Part shown: positions 1 through 9,279 of the stretch, piece after piece
Layout: the number at the start of each line of letters is the position of its first letter
Position numbering within the stretch: position 1 is the stretch's first letter
Source: Steroidobacteraceae bacterium
GTDB taxonomy: Bacteria > Pseudomonadota > Gammaproteobacteria > Steroidobacterales > Steroidobacteraceae
Length of the DNA: 64,000 nt
Assembly: GCA_045810105.1 (NCBI GenBank)
Contig: JBJMWM010000026.1
Location: 27,808-91,807 of the forward strand
Reading direction: 5' to 3'
Made by a program: the position numbers and the translations under genes
The notes under the pieces: model-generated
The model's input: the letters and a program-made list of their open reading frames with translations, nothing else
What the model was told of the DNA's origin: nothing
Databases searched by the model: none

Positions 1-492
1 TCGTTGGCCGATCTTGCGGCAAGATCGGGTGTTTCGAAGGCCATGATCAGCAAGATCGAGCGGGGCGAAGCCAGTCCGACCGCCACTTTGCTGGGACGCC
101 TGTCCGGCGCCTTTGGCCTCACGCTGTCGGCTCTCCTGGCACGCGCAGAGCACGGCGGCAGCCGGCTATTACGCGCCGCCGAGCAGCCGGAATGGCAGGA
201 CCCGGCAAGTGGATACGTGCGCCGCCAAGTCTCACCGCAGTCTGATCTGCCGCTCGAGTTGATCCGGGTCGAACTGCCCGCTGGAGCCTCGGTGACGTTT
301 CCAGCGTCCTCGTACACGTTCATCCGGCAGCTGATGTGGGTATTAAAGGGAAAGCTCACCTTCATCGAGGGGGAAACGGTTCACGAGATGGACCCTGGCG
401 ATTGCCTGCTGCTGGGACCTCCGGTGGACTGCACGTTCAAGACCCGCGGACGCGAGCCTTGTGTCTACCTCGTAGTGGTGATGCGGCAATAG
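1..492 (+). CDS. XRE-family HTH transcriptional regulator with C-terminal cupin domain (5' end probably cut by window edge)
   Basis: ORF 4..492 is open to position 1. N-terminal SKAMISKIERGEASPT matches the HTH_3 recognition helix region. The C-terminal half has a cupin-like beta pattern (GDCLLL...). Confidence 0.75.
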   Translation, partial: SLADLAARSGVSKAMISKIERGEASPTATLLGRLSGAFGLTLSALLARAEHGGSRLLRAAEQPEWQDPASGYVRRQVSPQSDLPLELIRVELPAGASVTFPASSYTFIRQLMWVLKGKLTFIEGETVHEMDPGDCLLLGPPVDCTFKTRGREPCVYLVVVMRQ

Positions 493-615
493 CGGCGCTG
501 GCTGAACGTGTCGCGCACCACCGGATGTCATTAAGATGCGTTAAATTCCGACCCGCTGGCCCGCGCGCGTAGCCGACAAACTCGGGCGCCCTTCCCCGGC
601 CGGCCAAAAGGGTGT

Positions 616-2082
616 GTGGTGGCAAAGATTCCGTCGGGTGTGGGACCGCAGTTTCCCCAAGTTGTAGTGCTTTTCGGGGCTACTGGCGACCTGGCCCACC
701 GCAAGCTGTTACCCGGACTCTTTTATCTGGCCAGTACGGGATTCATTCCAGGCTGCAGAATCGTCGGGGTCTCGCTCGATGAGATCAACGCGGACGGCTT
801 CCGCGCAGCGGCGCGCAAAGCACTCGATGAATTCTCGACGCGCAAGGTGCTCGAGCCCGAGTGGCAGGCATTTGCCAATTCACTCGATTACGTGCCGCTA
901 TCCGCGGGACCGGAAGCTCTGAAGGCGGCCGTAGCTCGCGCCGAGGAATCCATCGAAGGCGAGGCCCGGCGTTTGCACTATCTGAGCGTGCCCCCCAGCG
1001 CTGCACTGAATGCTGTGCGGATGCTGGGAGCCGCCGATCTGGTGTCTCGCTCACGGATCATCATGGAAAAGCCGTTCGGCACCGACCTTGCGAGCGCCGT
1101 GTGGCTGAATGCGAAATTGCACGAGGTGTTCGCCGAAGAGCAGATCTTCCGCATCGACCACTTCCTGGGCAAGGAACCGGCGCAGAACATTCTCGCCTTC
1201 CGCTTCGCCAATGGGCTGTTCGAGCCGATCTGGAACCGCAACTTCATCGATCACGTGCAGATCGATGTGCCGGAGACATTGAGCCTGGGCACTCGCGCGG
1301 GGTTCTACGAGGCGACGGGCGCGTTTCGTGACATGGTGGTGACCCACCTGTTTCAGATTCTCGCGTTCATGGCGATGGAGCCACCCACCGCGCTCGAGCC
1401 GGCGCCCATCAGCGAGGAGAAGAACAAGGTTTTTCGCTGCATGCTGCCGATCCAACCCGGCGACGTGGTGCGCGGTCAGTACACCGGGTACCGCTCCGAG
1501 CCCGGAGTGAGCCCGGAATCCGAAACGGAAACCTTCATTGCGTTGAAATGCTCGATCGACAACTGGCGGTGGGCCGGTGTGCCATTCTTTCTTCGCACGG
1601 GCAAGCGTCTGGCCGAAGGACAAAGGATCATTTCGATCGCGTTCCGCGAGCCGCCGAAGAGTATGTTCCCGGCCAACTCGGGTGTCGGTGCGCAAGGGCC
1701 CGACCACCTGACGTTTGACCTGGCCGACGCCTCGAAGATGTCATTGTCCTTCTACGGCAAGCGCCCCGGTCCGGGCATGCGGCTCGACAAGCTGAGTCTG
1801 CAGTTTGCGATGCATGACACGGGTTTCATCGGCGATGTGCTCGAAGCCTACGAGCGGCTCATACTCGACGCGATGCGCGGTGATCACACGTTGTTCAATA
1901 CGGCGGAGGGAATTGAACGCCTCTGGGAAGTTTCTACGCCGCTGCTCGAGTCGCTTCCCCCGGTTCGCTCGTATGCACCGGGCTCGTGGGGTCCCAACGC
2001 CATTCACCAGCTGGTCGCACCACGGGCCTGGCGTCTGCCGTTCGAGCGCGTCTGGCGGGATCCCAACAAGTTGGGGGCCTGA
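616..2082 (+). CDS. zwf: glucose-6-phosphate 1-dehydrogenase
   Basis: 488 aa with a GTG start. NADP-binding GATGDLAHRKLLP and active-site RIDHFLGKE motifs are both present. Confidence 0.95.
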   Translation: MVAKIPSGVGPQFPQVVVLFGATGDLAHRKLLPGLFYLASTGFIPGCRIVGVSLDEINADGFRAAARKALDEFSTRKVLEPEWQAFANSLDYVPLSAGPEALKAAVARAEESIEGEARRLHYLSVPPSAALNAVRMLGAADLVSRSRIIMEKPFGTDLASAVWLNAKLHEVFAEEQIFRIDHFLGKEPAQNILAFRFANGLFEPIWNRNFIDHVQIDVPETLSLGTRAGFYEATGAFRDMVVTHLFQILAFMAMEPPTALEPAPISEEKNKVFRCMLPIQPGDVVRGQYTGYRSEPGVSPESETETFIALKCSIDNWRWAGVPFFLRTGKRLAEGQRIISIAFREPPKSMFPANSGVGAQGPDHLTFDLADASKMSLSFYGKRPGPGMRLDKLSLQFAMHDTGFIGDVLEAYERLILDAMRGDHTLFNTAEGIERLWEVSTPLLESLPPVRSYAPGSWGPNAIHQLVAPRAWRLPFERVWRDPNKLGA

Positions 2083-2158
2083 GGTCCGCCGGCAGCCAGC
2101 CCCCGCCATCACGGGGCCGCGTTCCCACGCGGCCGGCCATGGGGCCAGCCCGCACCAA

Positions 2159-3145
2159 CTACCAGCTGATGCCCGTCACCGGATGCGGTGCGTAAGGCGC
2201 TTCCAATGCCTTCACCTCCTCATCGGTCAGCTTCACATCCAACGCCGCGACCGCATCCTGCAGATGCTCCGGCTTGGTCGCCCCGACGATGGGAGCTGTG
2301 ATCTGTGGCTTGCGCAATAACCAGGCGAGTGCCACCTGGGCGCGTGGAACGTGCCGCCGGGAGGCGATGTTGCCCACCTCGTCGATGATCTGCCGGTCGC
2401 TGTCGGCGAGCTTCGAGAACAGATGCGCCCCGAACTGGTCCTTCTCGGAGCGATTGGTCGCCTCGGCATTAAAGGGGCGTGCCAGCCGTCCCCGCGCGAG
2501 GGGGCTCCACGGTATCACGCCGATGCCTTCCGCGTTGCACAGCGGCAGCATCTCCCGCTCTTCCTCGCGATAGATCAGGTTGACGAAATTCTGCATGGAG
2601 ACAAACCGCGCCCAGCCGTTGCGTCTTGAGATCTCGAGCGACTGGGCGAACTGCCAGGCAAACATGGAGGAAGCGCCGATATAACGTGCTTTGCCTGCTC
2701 TGACTACGTCATTCAACGCCTCGAGCGTCTCCTCGATGGGTGTTGCGGGATCCCAGCGGTGGATCTGATAGAGATCGACATAGTCCGTGCCGAGCCGGCG
2801 CAGGCTCGCATCTATCTCCTGGAATATCGCCTTGCGCGACAGCCCCGCGCCATTCGGTCCCTCGCGCATCCGGCTGTACACCTTGGTAGCCAACACGATC
2901 TCGTCGCGCCGGGCATATTCCTTCAGCGCCCGGCCGGTGATCTCCTCACTCGCGCCGAGCGAATAGACGTTCGCCGTGTCGAAGAAGTTGATTCCGAGCT
3001 CGACGGCCTGCCTGAAGAACGGCAGACTGGCCTTTTCGCCCAAAGACCACGGCTGGTTTTTTATCGCGGGGTTGCCGTAGCTCATGCATCCGAGGCAGAT
3101 GCGGGACACGTCGAGGCCTGTGCGGCCCAGCTTTACGTAGATCAT
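2159..3145 (-). CDS. aldo/keto reductase
   Basis: The ORF runs 2159..3208, but the family-typical N-terminus MIYVKLGRTGLDVSRICLGCMSYG begins at the internal ATG 3145. The protein is AKR-like throughout. Confidence 0.85.
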   Translation of the reverse strand: MIYVKLGRTGLDVSRICLGCMSYGNPAIKNQPWSLGEKASLPFFRQAVELGINFFDTANVYSLGASEEITGRALKEYARRDEIVLATKVYSRMREGPNGAGLSRKAIFQEIDASLRRLGTDYVDLYQIHRWDPATPIEETLEALNDVVRAGKARYIGASSMFAWQFAQSLEISRRNGWARFVSMQNFVNLIYREEEREMLPLCNAEGIGVIPWSPLARGRLARPFNAEATNRSEKDQFGAHLFSKLADSDRQIIDEVGNIASRRHVPRAQVALAWLLRKPQITAPIVGATKPEHLQDAVAALDVKLTDEEVKALEAPYAPHPVTGISW

Positions 3146-3218
3146 GTCGCTCCTGTTGCCCGGGTGTTGCCCGCTCACGTGCGTGTCCAGGGCACCCCTG
3201 ATCCACACATCCTAACCG

Positions 3219-3512
3219 TTATTTGGAAGTGCCGAATCTCTCGATCGAGCGAGCGCGGGCGCGCGCGGCCTCGGTCTCCCGGTCGCGCGGGCCGGCAGTT
3301 GTTACAAGCGAGGCGATGAGGTTGGCAGCCGCGGCGGAAATATCTTCCACAGCGCGATCAAACGCCGCTTGGTTGATTTTCGAGGGCGAATTGAACCCGC
3401 TCAGTTTCCGCACGAATTGCAAGGACGCGTCCGTGATCTCTGCCTTGGTCGCGGGAGGCTCAAAGTTGAATAGGGTCTTGATATTCCTGCACACATCTTC
3501 ACCCCTGGGCAT
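3219..3512 (-). CDS. DUF2277 domain-containing protein
   Basis: CRNIKTLFNFEPPAT...FVRKLSGF is the conserved DUF2277 N-terminus. The true start may be GTG 3494, which would give M-CRNIK. Confidence 0.7.
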   Translation of the reverse strand: MPRGEDVCRNIKTLFNFEPPATKAEITDASLQFVRKLSGFNSPSKINQAAFDRAVEDISAAAANLIASLVTTAGPRDRETEAARARARSIERFGTSK

Positions 3513-3524
3513 GCTGTGAGCAGC

Positions 3525-3800
3525 TTACACCAGGGCGCGGGTGACCACGAAGCGCATGGCCTCGCGCAGGCGCTCGGCGTTCTCCTGCTCCAATTCAGAG
3601 ACGGCAACCGCCGCTTGGCCGTCGCGCAGTTGCGTGAACAAATGGCGAGCCACGCGCACCGCCTCATCGGCTGTGGCACCGTAACCGGTGCATTGGGGAT
3701 AGCCCGGCACCTCAGCCCGAAACGCCTTCCCGTCCCCCATATTGCACGGCGTGACGTGATGCGGCGGCAGACCCAGGTTCAAGGCATCCTCCAACTCCAT
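3525..3800 (-). CDS. hypothetical protein, possible HicB/UPF0150-like fold
   Basis: ORF 3525..3929. The segment AFRAEVPGYPQCTGYGATADEAVRVARHLF resembles the HicB/UPF0150 core. The internal ATG 3800 was chosen because the upstream part is Arg-rich and non-protein-like. The call is weak. Confidence 0.3.
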   Translation of the reverse strand: MELEDALNLGLPPHHVTPCNMGDGKAFRAEVPGYPQCTGYGATADEAVRVARHLFTQLRDGQAAVAVSELEQENAERLREAMRFVVTRALV

Positions 3801-4052
3801 CGCCACGCCCTCGTTTTCGGTATAACCCGCTGTGTTGCAGCAAAAATCAGACCCGCTGGCTGCCTTCCCGCCCCGCCGGCGGCGCCAAGGCTTCCTGGCC
3901 CACCCTGCAACGCTCGCTGCGCACAGCATGCGGCCAGCGGCGCGTCCACTGCAAGCACCCCGAGTGTTTGATCGAGGTTGGGTTAGTTGTGTCAGTCTGT
4001 GAGGCGGGAATCAAAAATGCTGGGTGTCTTACACTTAAGCAGACGAGGCGGT

Positions 4053-4232
4053 ATGAAGCAGAAATCCGTGCGCAAGCCAGGACCAGAGCCCGACACCCCT
4101 GGGCGGCCGAAACCCGAGGGGACCCGGCAGCAGACGCAACCCAATCAAGGCAGCCAAACAGGTAATTCCGAACTCGACTCGAAGGCCAAAGGCCCGCCAG
4201 CCTCAACCCCGCACGTGAGCCACGAGAAGTGA
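4053..4232 (+). CDS. small hydrophilic, Pro/Lys/Gln-rich hypothetical protein (59 aa)
   Basis: ATG 4053 is preceded by a GAGG Shine-Dalgarno. Third-position GC is moderately high. I recognised no family. Confidence 0.25.
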   Translation: MKQKSVRKPGPEPDTPGRPKPEGTRQQTQPNQGSQTGNSELDSKAKGPPASTPHVSHEK

Positions 4233-4251
4233 GCGCGCGCGCCGGTGTGTG

Positions 4252-4788
4252 TCAGGGTGCAAAGGCGGTCACACTCTTGAAGCCGCTGGCGGCCACCCGC
4301 ACGCTCTGCCCGGAATTCACCAGCCAGCCTTGGCTGTGACCCACTTCAGCCGTTCCGCCAGCATCCACGACGATCGCAAAATCCCGTGACGAGTGCAGGT
4401 TCGGATCGCGAAACTCCAGCATGAGAGTGAGCTGCTGGCTGCCGACGTTACGGAAACTGGCCACCATCCCCTGCCCCATCCAGGCCGGCCGGAAGGACAC
4501 CCGCACGGGCAGCTCGGGTTGGGTCGCATCCGCCAGGGCCACCTCGCGGGAGGCCAGGGCGGCATCTTTTTCCTGAACTGCCACCTCGGCGCGGGTCAAC
4601 TGCTCGCGCAGCTCGAGGACCTTGCGCTCCTGGCTCGTGAGCTGGGTCTGCAGGCGCATGCGCTCCTGTGCGAGCCACTGAGCATAAGCGGCCGCCACAC
4701 CTGCGGCCAGGATTGCCAGAACGAGCGCTGCTATGAGAGCTACAGGCCGCTTCGTACCGGCAGAGCCTGCGGGAGTGACGTCATCCAT
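4252..4788 (-). CDS. membrane-anchored coiled-coil hypothetical protein
   Basis: 178 aa. One N-terminal TM helix (VALIAALVLAILAAGVAAAYA) is followed by a heptad-like ERMRLQTQLTSQERKVLELREQL segment and a beta-rich C-terminus. Confidence 0.5.
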   Translation of the reverse strand: MDDVTPAGSAGTKRPVALIAALVLAILAAGVAAAYAQWLAQERMRLQTQLTSQERKVLELREQLTRAEVAVQEKDAALASREVALADATQPELPVRVSFRPAWMGQGMVASFRNVGSQQLTLMLEFRDPNLHSSRDFAIVVDAGGTAEVGHSQGWLVNSGQSVRVAASGFKSVTAFAP

Positions 4789-4807
4789 CGTGGCCCTATG
4801 ATGCCGG

Positions 4808-5653
4808 TCATCTGGCGGCGTCGTCCAAGAGAAATGCCAGGGCCGGGACGCACGGCTGATTCACTTTCAGGCTCAACAATGCGTCCGCCCGGGTACGGCC
4901 GAGATTCACGGCCGCAATGGGCTTAGCTGCATTTGCGGCGGCCTGCGCGAACCGGTAGCCGGAGTACACCATGAGGGACGAGCCGATGACGAGCATGGCA
5001 TCGGCCCGTTGGACAGCCTGCAATGCCGCGGCAACTCGCTCCTGAGGCACGCTCTCGCCGAAGAACACCACGTCGGGCTTCAACACACCTCCGCAGTGCT
5101 CGCAGGCTGGCACTTCAAAGCCCGCAAAATCCAATGCCTCGAGATCGGCATCGCCATCCGGGGCAGCGGGGCCCTCGAGCTGCTCCCAGGCAGGATTGAG
5201 GTGTAACAGGCGCTGCTGCATCTGTGCGCGAAGCGTGCGCCGCTGGCACTCCATGCAGCGGACCTGGTCCAGCCTGCCGTGCAGATCGATTACGGCGGAA
5301 CTGCCCGCTGCTTGATGCAACCCGTCCACATTCTGTGTGACCAACACTTCGACGCGGCCCAGCCGCTCGAGCCGCGCCAAGGCGCGATGCGCATCATTGG
5401 GATGTGCATGACCGAACCGCCGCCAGCCAATCAGGCTGCGCGCCCAATAGCGGCGCCGGGTATGCAGGTCGCCCATGAACGCCTGGAACATGACTGGCCG
5501 GGTGCGTTTCCAGTCACCATTCGCGTCGCGATAGTCGGGAATCCCCGAGGCGGTGCTGCAACCGGCCCCCGTCAGCACGAACAGGCGCGCGTGCCGCTCG
5601 ATGAATTCGCCGAGCGGATTGTCATCCGGCGCGCAGCTCGGATTTGTGCTCAT
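4808..5653 (-). CDS. cobB: NAD-dependent protein deacylase, Sir2 family
   Basis: GAGCSTASGIPDYRD NAD-binding motif, catalytic region QNVDGLH, and Zn ribbon CMEC...CEHC. Confidence 0.9.
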   Translation of the reverse strand: MSTNPSCAPDDNPLGEFIERHARLFVLTGAGCSTASGIPDYRDANGDWKRTRPVMFQAFMGDLHTRRRYWARSLIGWRRFGHAHPNDAHRALARLERLGRVEVLVTQNVDGLHQAAGSSAVIDLHGRLDQVRCMECQRRTLRAQMQQRLLHLNPAWEQLEGPAAPDGDADLEALDFAGFEVPACEHCGGVLKPDVVFFGESVPQERVAAALQAVQRADAMLVIGSSLMVYSGYRFAQAAANAAKPIAAVNLGRTRADALLSLKVNQPCVPALAFLLDDAAR

Positions 5654-5708
5654 ACCGCGACCGAGCGGTTAGCGAGGGAATCCCCAGCGGGGGGGCAACC
5701 CGAGCCGC

Positions 5709-7019
5709 TCAGAACGGATAATTGATCCCCGTGAACACGGCCGTACCATCGCTTCCATACCCGATATCGACATAACCCACCACGGATGGCCGCGCAATGC
5801 CGCGAAAACCGACGCCCGCCACCTTGTGCAGGCCATGGATAGGGAAAGTGGGGCCATTGTGAAACACGTTACCCACATCCACGAACGGTGTAACTTCGAT
5901 TTCGACGTGCGAAATGGCATCGAACTCGAACGCCCTGCGGCGCAACTCAACAGTAGCGGAAAACGAGTTGCGATCGTAGAACCGGCCCTCCCCGAAACCT
6001 CGCAGCGGCTGCTCGCCACCGACGACGGACTGCCCACCCCCCAGGCTGCTGAGCGCCCAGAACGGCAGCCGCTGCGTGCTCGGCAGATAACGCAGCGACA
6101 CGTGACTGGCGAGGAGCGTTTTCGGATTGATCGGCCAGAAGACACGCCCATCTATGCCCGCTTCGCTGTATAACGAATTGTTGAGCAAGCCACTGCGGCT
6201 GGCGACCCCCCCGTAGGCAACCCAGGTCATACCCTGTCGGGGCGCGGTGAAGTTGTCGCGGGTATCATAGATGACCGACAATCGGTTGAGTTGCTCGGTA
6301 CTCGTGCCGAGGCCGCGAACGTGCGGGAAGCGCTGCTCGATGGATGCGACCTTGTCCAACGTGCCGGGCTGGATGTCCACTGTCCGCAAACGCGCTGTGT
6401 ACAGCAACTGCCAGGCATGGGTGAAATTGTAGCCGACCTGGACCTGGAGCAATCCCTGTTTGTTGGTGAAGTTGGTCTCATCACGCTCCGGAGTGCCATT
6501 GCCGATTCCGAAGAAGCGCGGCGAGCCATTGACGTCATAGATGGCGCTACCCGTGAACGACCAGCGCCCCTCGCGCAGCCGTCCCAGCGTGTACTCAGCA
6601 TCGAACTCGCGCTCGACACGCTGCTTGAGTCCCGCCTCCAGGGACCACTGCTTGTCCTCCGAAGGATAATCGAAGATGCGGCCATGAAAGCCAACGCCGA
6701 AGTTGGGGTTATAAAGGATATCCGGGGCGATGATCCGCCGGATACGGTGCTCCTCGTCCGTCAACAGCCACACCGGCAGTATTCCCAGGGTGGTGCCGCT
6801 ATCGGGGTCCTGCGCGATTTCGGGCACCGGAATGAACGGCAGCGTGTTGTACCAGTGCCGCTCCGAAAGATTGGGGCTGGGAGCGGTGGATTTCAGGCCG
6901 CTGGCATCAGGCGCGGGGGTTTGCGCGCCTACATCCGGGGAATCCGCCCAGGAGGGGGTCGCGAACACCAGCGCGGCAGCACAGCCGCAGAACAGATTCA
7001 GACTTGCCGCGCGAAGCAC
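5709..7019 (-). CDS. Omp85/BamA-TamA family outer-membrane beta-barrel (no obvious POTRA domains)
   Basis: Signal peptide MLRAASLNLFCGCAAALVFATPSWA. Surface-antigen barrel pattern (LRGFGEGRFYDRNSFSATVELR). Terminal aromatic residues ...GINYPF. Confidence 0.7.
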   Translation of the reverse strand: MLRAASLNLFCGCAAALVFATPSWADSPDVGAQTPAPDASGLKSTAPSPNLSERHWYNTLPFIPVPEIAQDPDSGTTLGILPVWLLTDEEHRIRRIIAPDILYNPNFGVGFHGRIFDYPSEDKQWSLEAGLKQRVEREFDAEYTLGRLREGRWSFTGSAIYDVNGSPRFFGIGNGTPERDETNFTNKQGLLQVQVGYNFTHAWQLLYTARLRTVDIQPGTLDKVASIEQRFPHVRGLGTSTEQLNRLSVIYDTRDNFTAPRQGMTWVAYGGVASRSGLLNNSLYSEAGIDGRVFWPINPKTLLASHVSLRYLPSTQRLPFWALSSLGGGQSVVGGEQPLRGFGEGRFYDRNSFSATVELRRRAFEFDAISHVEIEVTPFVDVGNVFHNGPTFPIHGLHKVAGVGFRGIARPSVVGYVDIGYGSDGTAVFTGINYPF

Positions 7020-8071
7020 TGCAAAAGCCGGTCGAGGTCAACGGAAGTTACATGACCCATGGTCGAGATCCGAAACAAGCTCTGCGCCAGGTCCCCCTGT
7101 CCCGCATAGATCACAAAGCCTTGCGCCTTCAAGGCGTCATGTAGTTTTGTATAGCTCATGCCAGCTGGCAATTTATAAGATCGCAATACAACCGAGGACT
7201 GCTCGGGCGCGACGACGGGCTCGATCCCGAGCGTGGCCAGCCCGGTCCGAACCTGCTCAGCTAGTGCCGCATAGCGTTGGTAGCGAGCTGCGCGTCCGCC
7301 CTCATCTGCAAACTCGCGGAGCGCTTCGACGAGCGCGTAATAAGCCTGCACCGCTGGCGTGAAGGGCGTATTGCGTTGATCCTGCATGCGCGCCAGTCGG
7401 CCAAGATCGAGGTAATACGTACGGCTCGCCGCCTGCGGCAAGAGCGCACGCCGGACTACCACGAAGGAGGCGCCTGGCACCCCGTGCAGACATTTATTAG
7501 CGGTTGCAGCTACCGCACCCAGGCTGTCTTGCGCGAAATCGATGGGCTCCGCTCCGAAACTGCTCACCGCATCGACGAGTAGGCGCAAGCCTCGGGCCCG
7601 GCACAACTGCATCAAGGGCACAAGATCATTGAGCCGCCCGGTTGTGGTCTCGTGGTGAACGACGGCCACGTGGGTGAACTGCGCGTCCTGCTTCGCGCCA
7701 TCGAGTCGAGCCGCGATGGCATCGAGGTCCAAACCCTGCATCCAGGGAAAGATGACGCGCTCGTGCGCGATCCCATATTGCAAGCAGATCTGGGCTATCC
7801 GCTCGCCATAGACGCCATTCTCGAGGTTGAGCAGCCGGCCGCCGCTCGGAACCAGCGCAGCCGTCATGCTTTCCACCGCCGCAGTGCCGGAGCCGGTCAT
7901 GAGCACGGCAGTCCACAGGTTCGGATCCAGGTCGTACGTGGCGAGCAGCCGCTGGCGTGCCTCATCCTGTACAGCAAAGAATTCGCTTTCACGGTGACAC
8001 AGATCAGGCTGCAACAGGCTCTGGCGTACACGGCCACTGAGCGTGACAGGCCCGGGGTTGAGCAACAGCAT
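6998..8071 (-). CDS. 2-aminoethylphosphonate--pyruvate transaminase (class V aminotransferase, PhnW-like)
   Basis: N-terminus LLLNPGPVTLSGRVRQSL...LCHRESEF is typical of AEP transaminases. ATG 8071 shares one base with the ppd stop codon; TTG 8074 is an alternative start. Confidence 0.8.
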   Translation of the reverse strand: MLLLNPGPVTLSGRVRQSLLQPDLCHRESEFFAVQDEARQRLLATYDLDPNLWTAVLMTGSGTAAVESMTAALVPSGGRLLNLENGVYGERIAQICLQYGIAHERVIFPWMQGLDLDAIAARLDGAKQDAQFTHVAVVHHETTTGRLNDLVPLMQLCRARGLRLLVDAVSSFGAEPIDFAQDSLGAVAATANKCLHGVPGASFVVVRRALLPQAASRTYYLDLGRLARMQDQRNTPFTPAVQAYYALVEALREFADEGGRAARYQRYAALAEQVRTGLATLGIEPVVAPEQSSVVLRSYKLPAGMSYTKLHDALKAQGFVIYAGQGDLAQSLFRISTMGHVTSVDLDRLLQCFARQV

Positions 8072-9279
8072 CAAGGAACTCCGGCTAAAGAGCCGAAGTG
8101 TTGCATCAGACGTGTCTTTACGTCGACTGGAGTTACGGAAGGACGCGGCAGGCCGTCAGGTGTGCCCGCACGAGTCAGCAGGCGTGCAAACCTCGGCCCC
8201 CCGGTTGGTGGTGATTCCAGCCAGGCGCCGATTCGCGCTACATCGTCGGTTTCAAGCGAGGAAGCGTAGCCGCAGGCAGCTGCAATTTCTGCGAACGACA
8301 CGTGTGTCGAAACGGTCGCCTGACCGCCAGTCGAATCATGGACGCCGTTATCCAGCAGCAGGTGCTGAAGATTCGGTGGCCCATAAGCGCCCACCGTTGC
8401 GAATGCGCCCATGCGCATCAGAGCGGCTCCGTCGCCATCCAATGCAATCACACGCACGTCTGGCCGAGCCAGTGCGAGTCCCAGTGCCAATGGCACTACG
8501 CAACCCATCGATCCAACCATGTACAACTGGTTGGGCCGATCATCGATAGCGTAGAGCTCGCGACCGCAAAATCCCGTAGACGCAAGCACGGCCGTCGAGG
8601 CCACTGGCGTGCGCGCGATGACCTCCCGAAGCGCATCCTGCCGAGATGGGCGCGCACTATCGGGCAGCCTGAGAGGTTCCAGCACGACCCGTGCTGCCGG
8701 CGTGCTACCAGAGGGACTCGTCTGCGAACCAGAAGGCTTTCCGACCGCGCTGGCACCTGGTTTGAGGGCGTATGGCGCTACCGTGCCCTTCTGCATTACC
8801 AAGGCGTATGGGCGCCCTGTGTCGTCCATGTAGGCCGTGGCTCTGTCCAGCGCGGGACCGATGGCATCAATCTCGGCAGGAAACAGCTCCCACGGGATCT
8901 CCATGGTTTCGAGCATCTTGGGCGTGATCGGGCCCATGAGAGCGTGTTGGGGTTCATCAGGCACGCCGGGCTGGGCCCGCCAGGTGACGATCAGCAGTTG
9001 AGGCAGGCGGAAGGTCCAGGTAAGCGAAGTCAGCGGACTGACGGCATTACCCAGGCCGGAATTCTGCATCATCGCCACGCCACGCCGGCCGCCACCCGCC
9101 AACGCAACACCCGCAATCAGAGCGACCGCGTCTCCCTCATTCGCCATCGACACATACTTCAGCGACGGATCCTGCAGCACATAGTTGATGAAGGGCGTCA
9201 GATACGAGCATGGGACGCCGGCGTACCACTCGAAGCCCCGCTCACGCGCGGCTTCGACGAAATGCCGCGCTTCAATCAT
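8071..9279 (-). CDS. ppd: phosphonopyruvate decarboxylase (ThDP enzyme)
   Basis: The internal start [33 protein letters not shown] is the family N-terminus. ATG 9279 overlaps the pepM stop (ATGATTGA). A ThDP-binding GDGAALM motif is present. Confidence 0.85.
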   Translation of the reverse strand: MIEARHFVEAARERGFEWYAGVPCSYLTPFINYVLQDPSLKYVSMANEGDAVALIAGVALAGGGRRGVAMMQNSGLGNAVSPLTSLTWTFRLPQLLIVTWRAQPGVPDEPQHALMGPITPKMLETMEIPWELFPAEIDAIGPALDRATAYMDDTGRPYALVMQKGTVAPYALKPGASAVGKPSGSQTSPSGSTPAARVVLEPLRLPDSARPSRQDALREVIARTPVASTAVLASTGFCGRELYAIDDRPNQLYMVGSMGCVVPLALGLALARPDVRVIALDGDGAALMRMGAFATVGAYGPPNLQHLLLDNGVHDSTGGQATVSTHVSFAEIAAACGYASSLETDDVARIGAWLESPPTGGPRFARLLTRAGTPDGLPRPSVTPVDVKTRLMQHFGSLAGVP

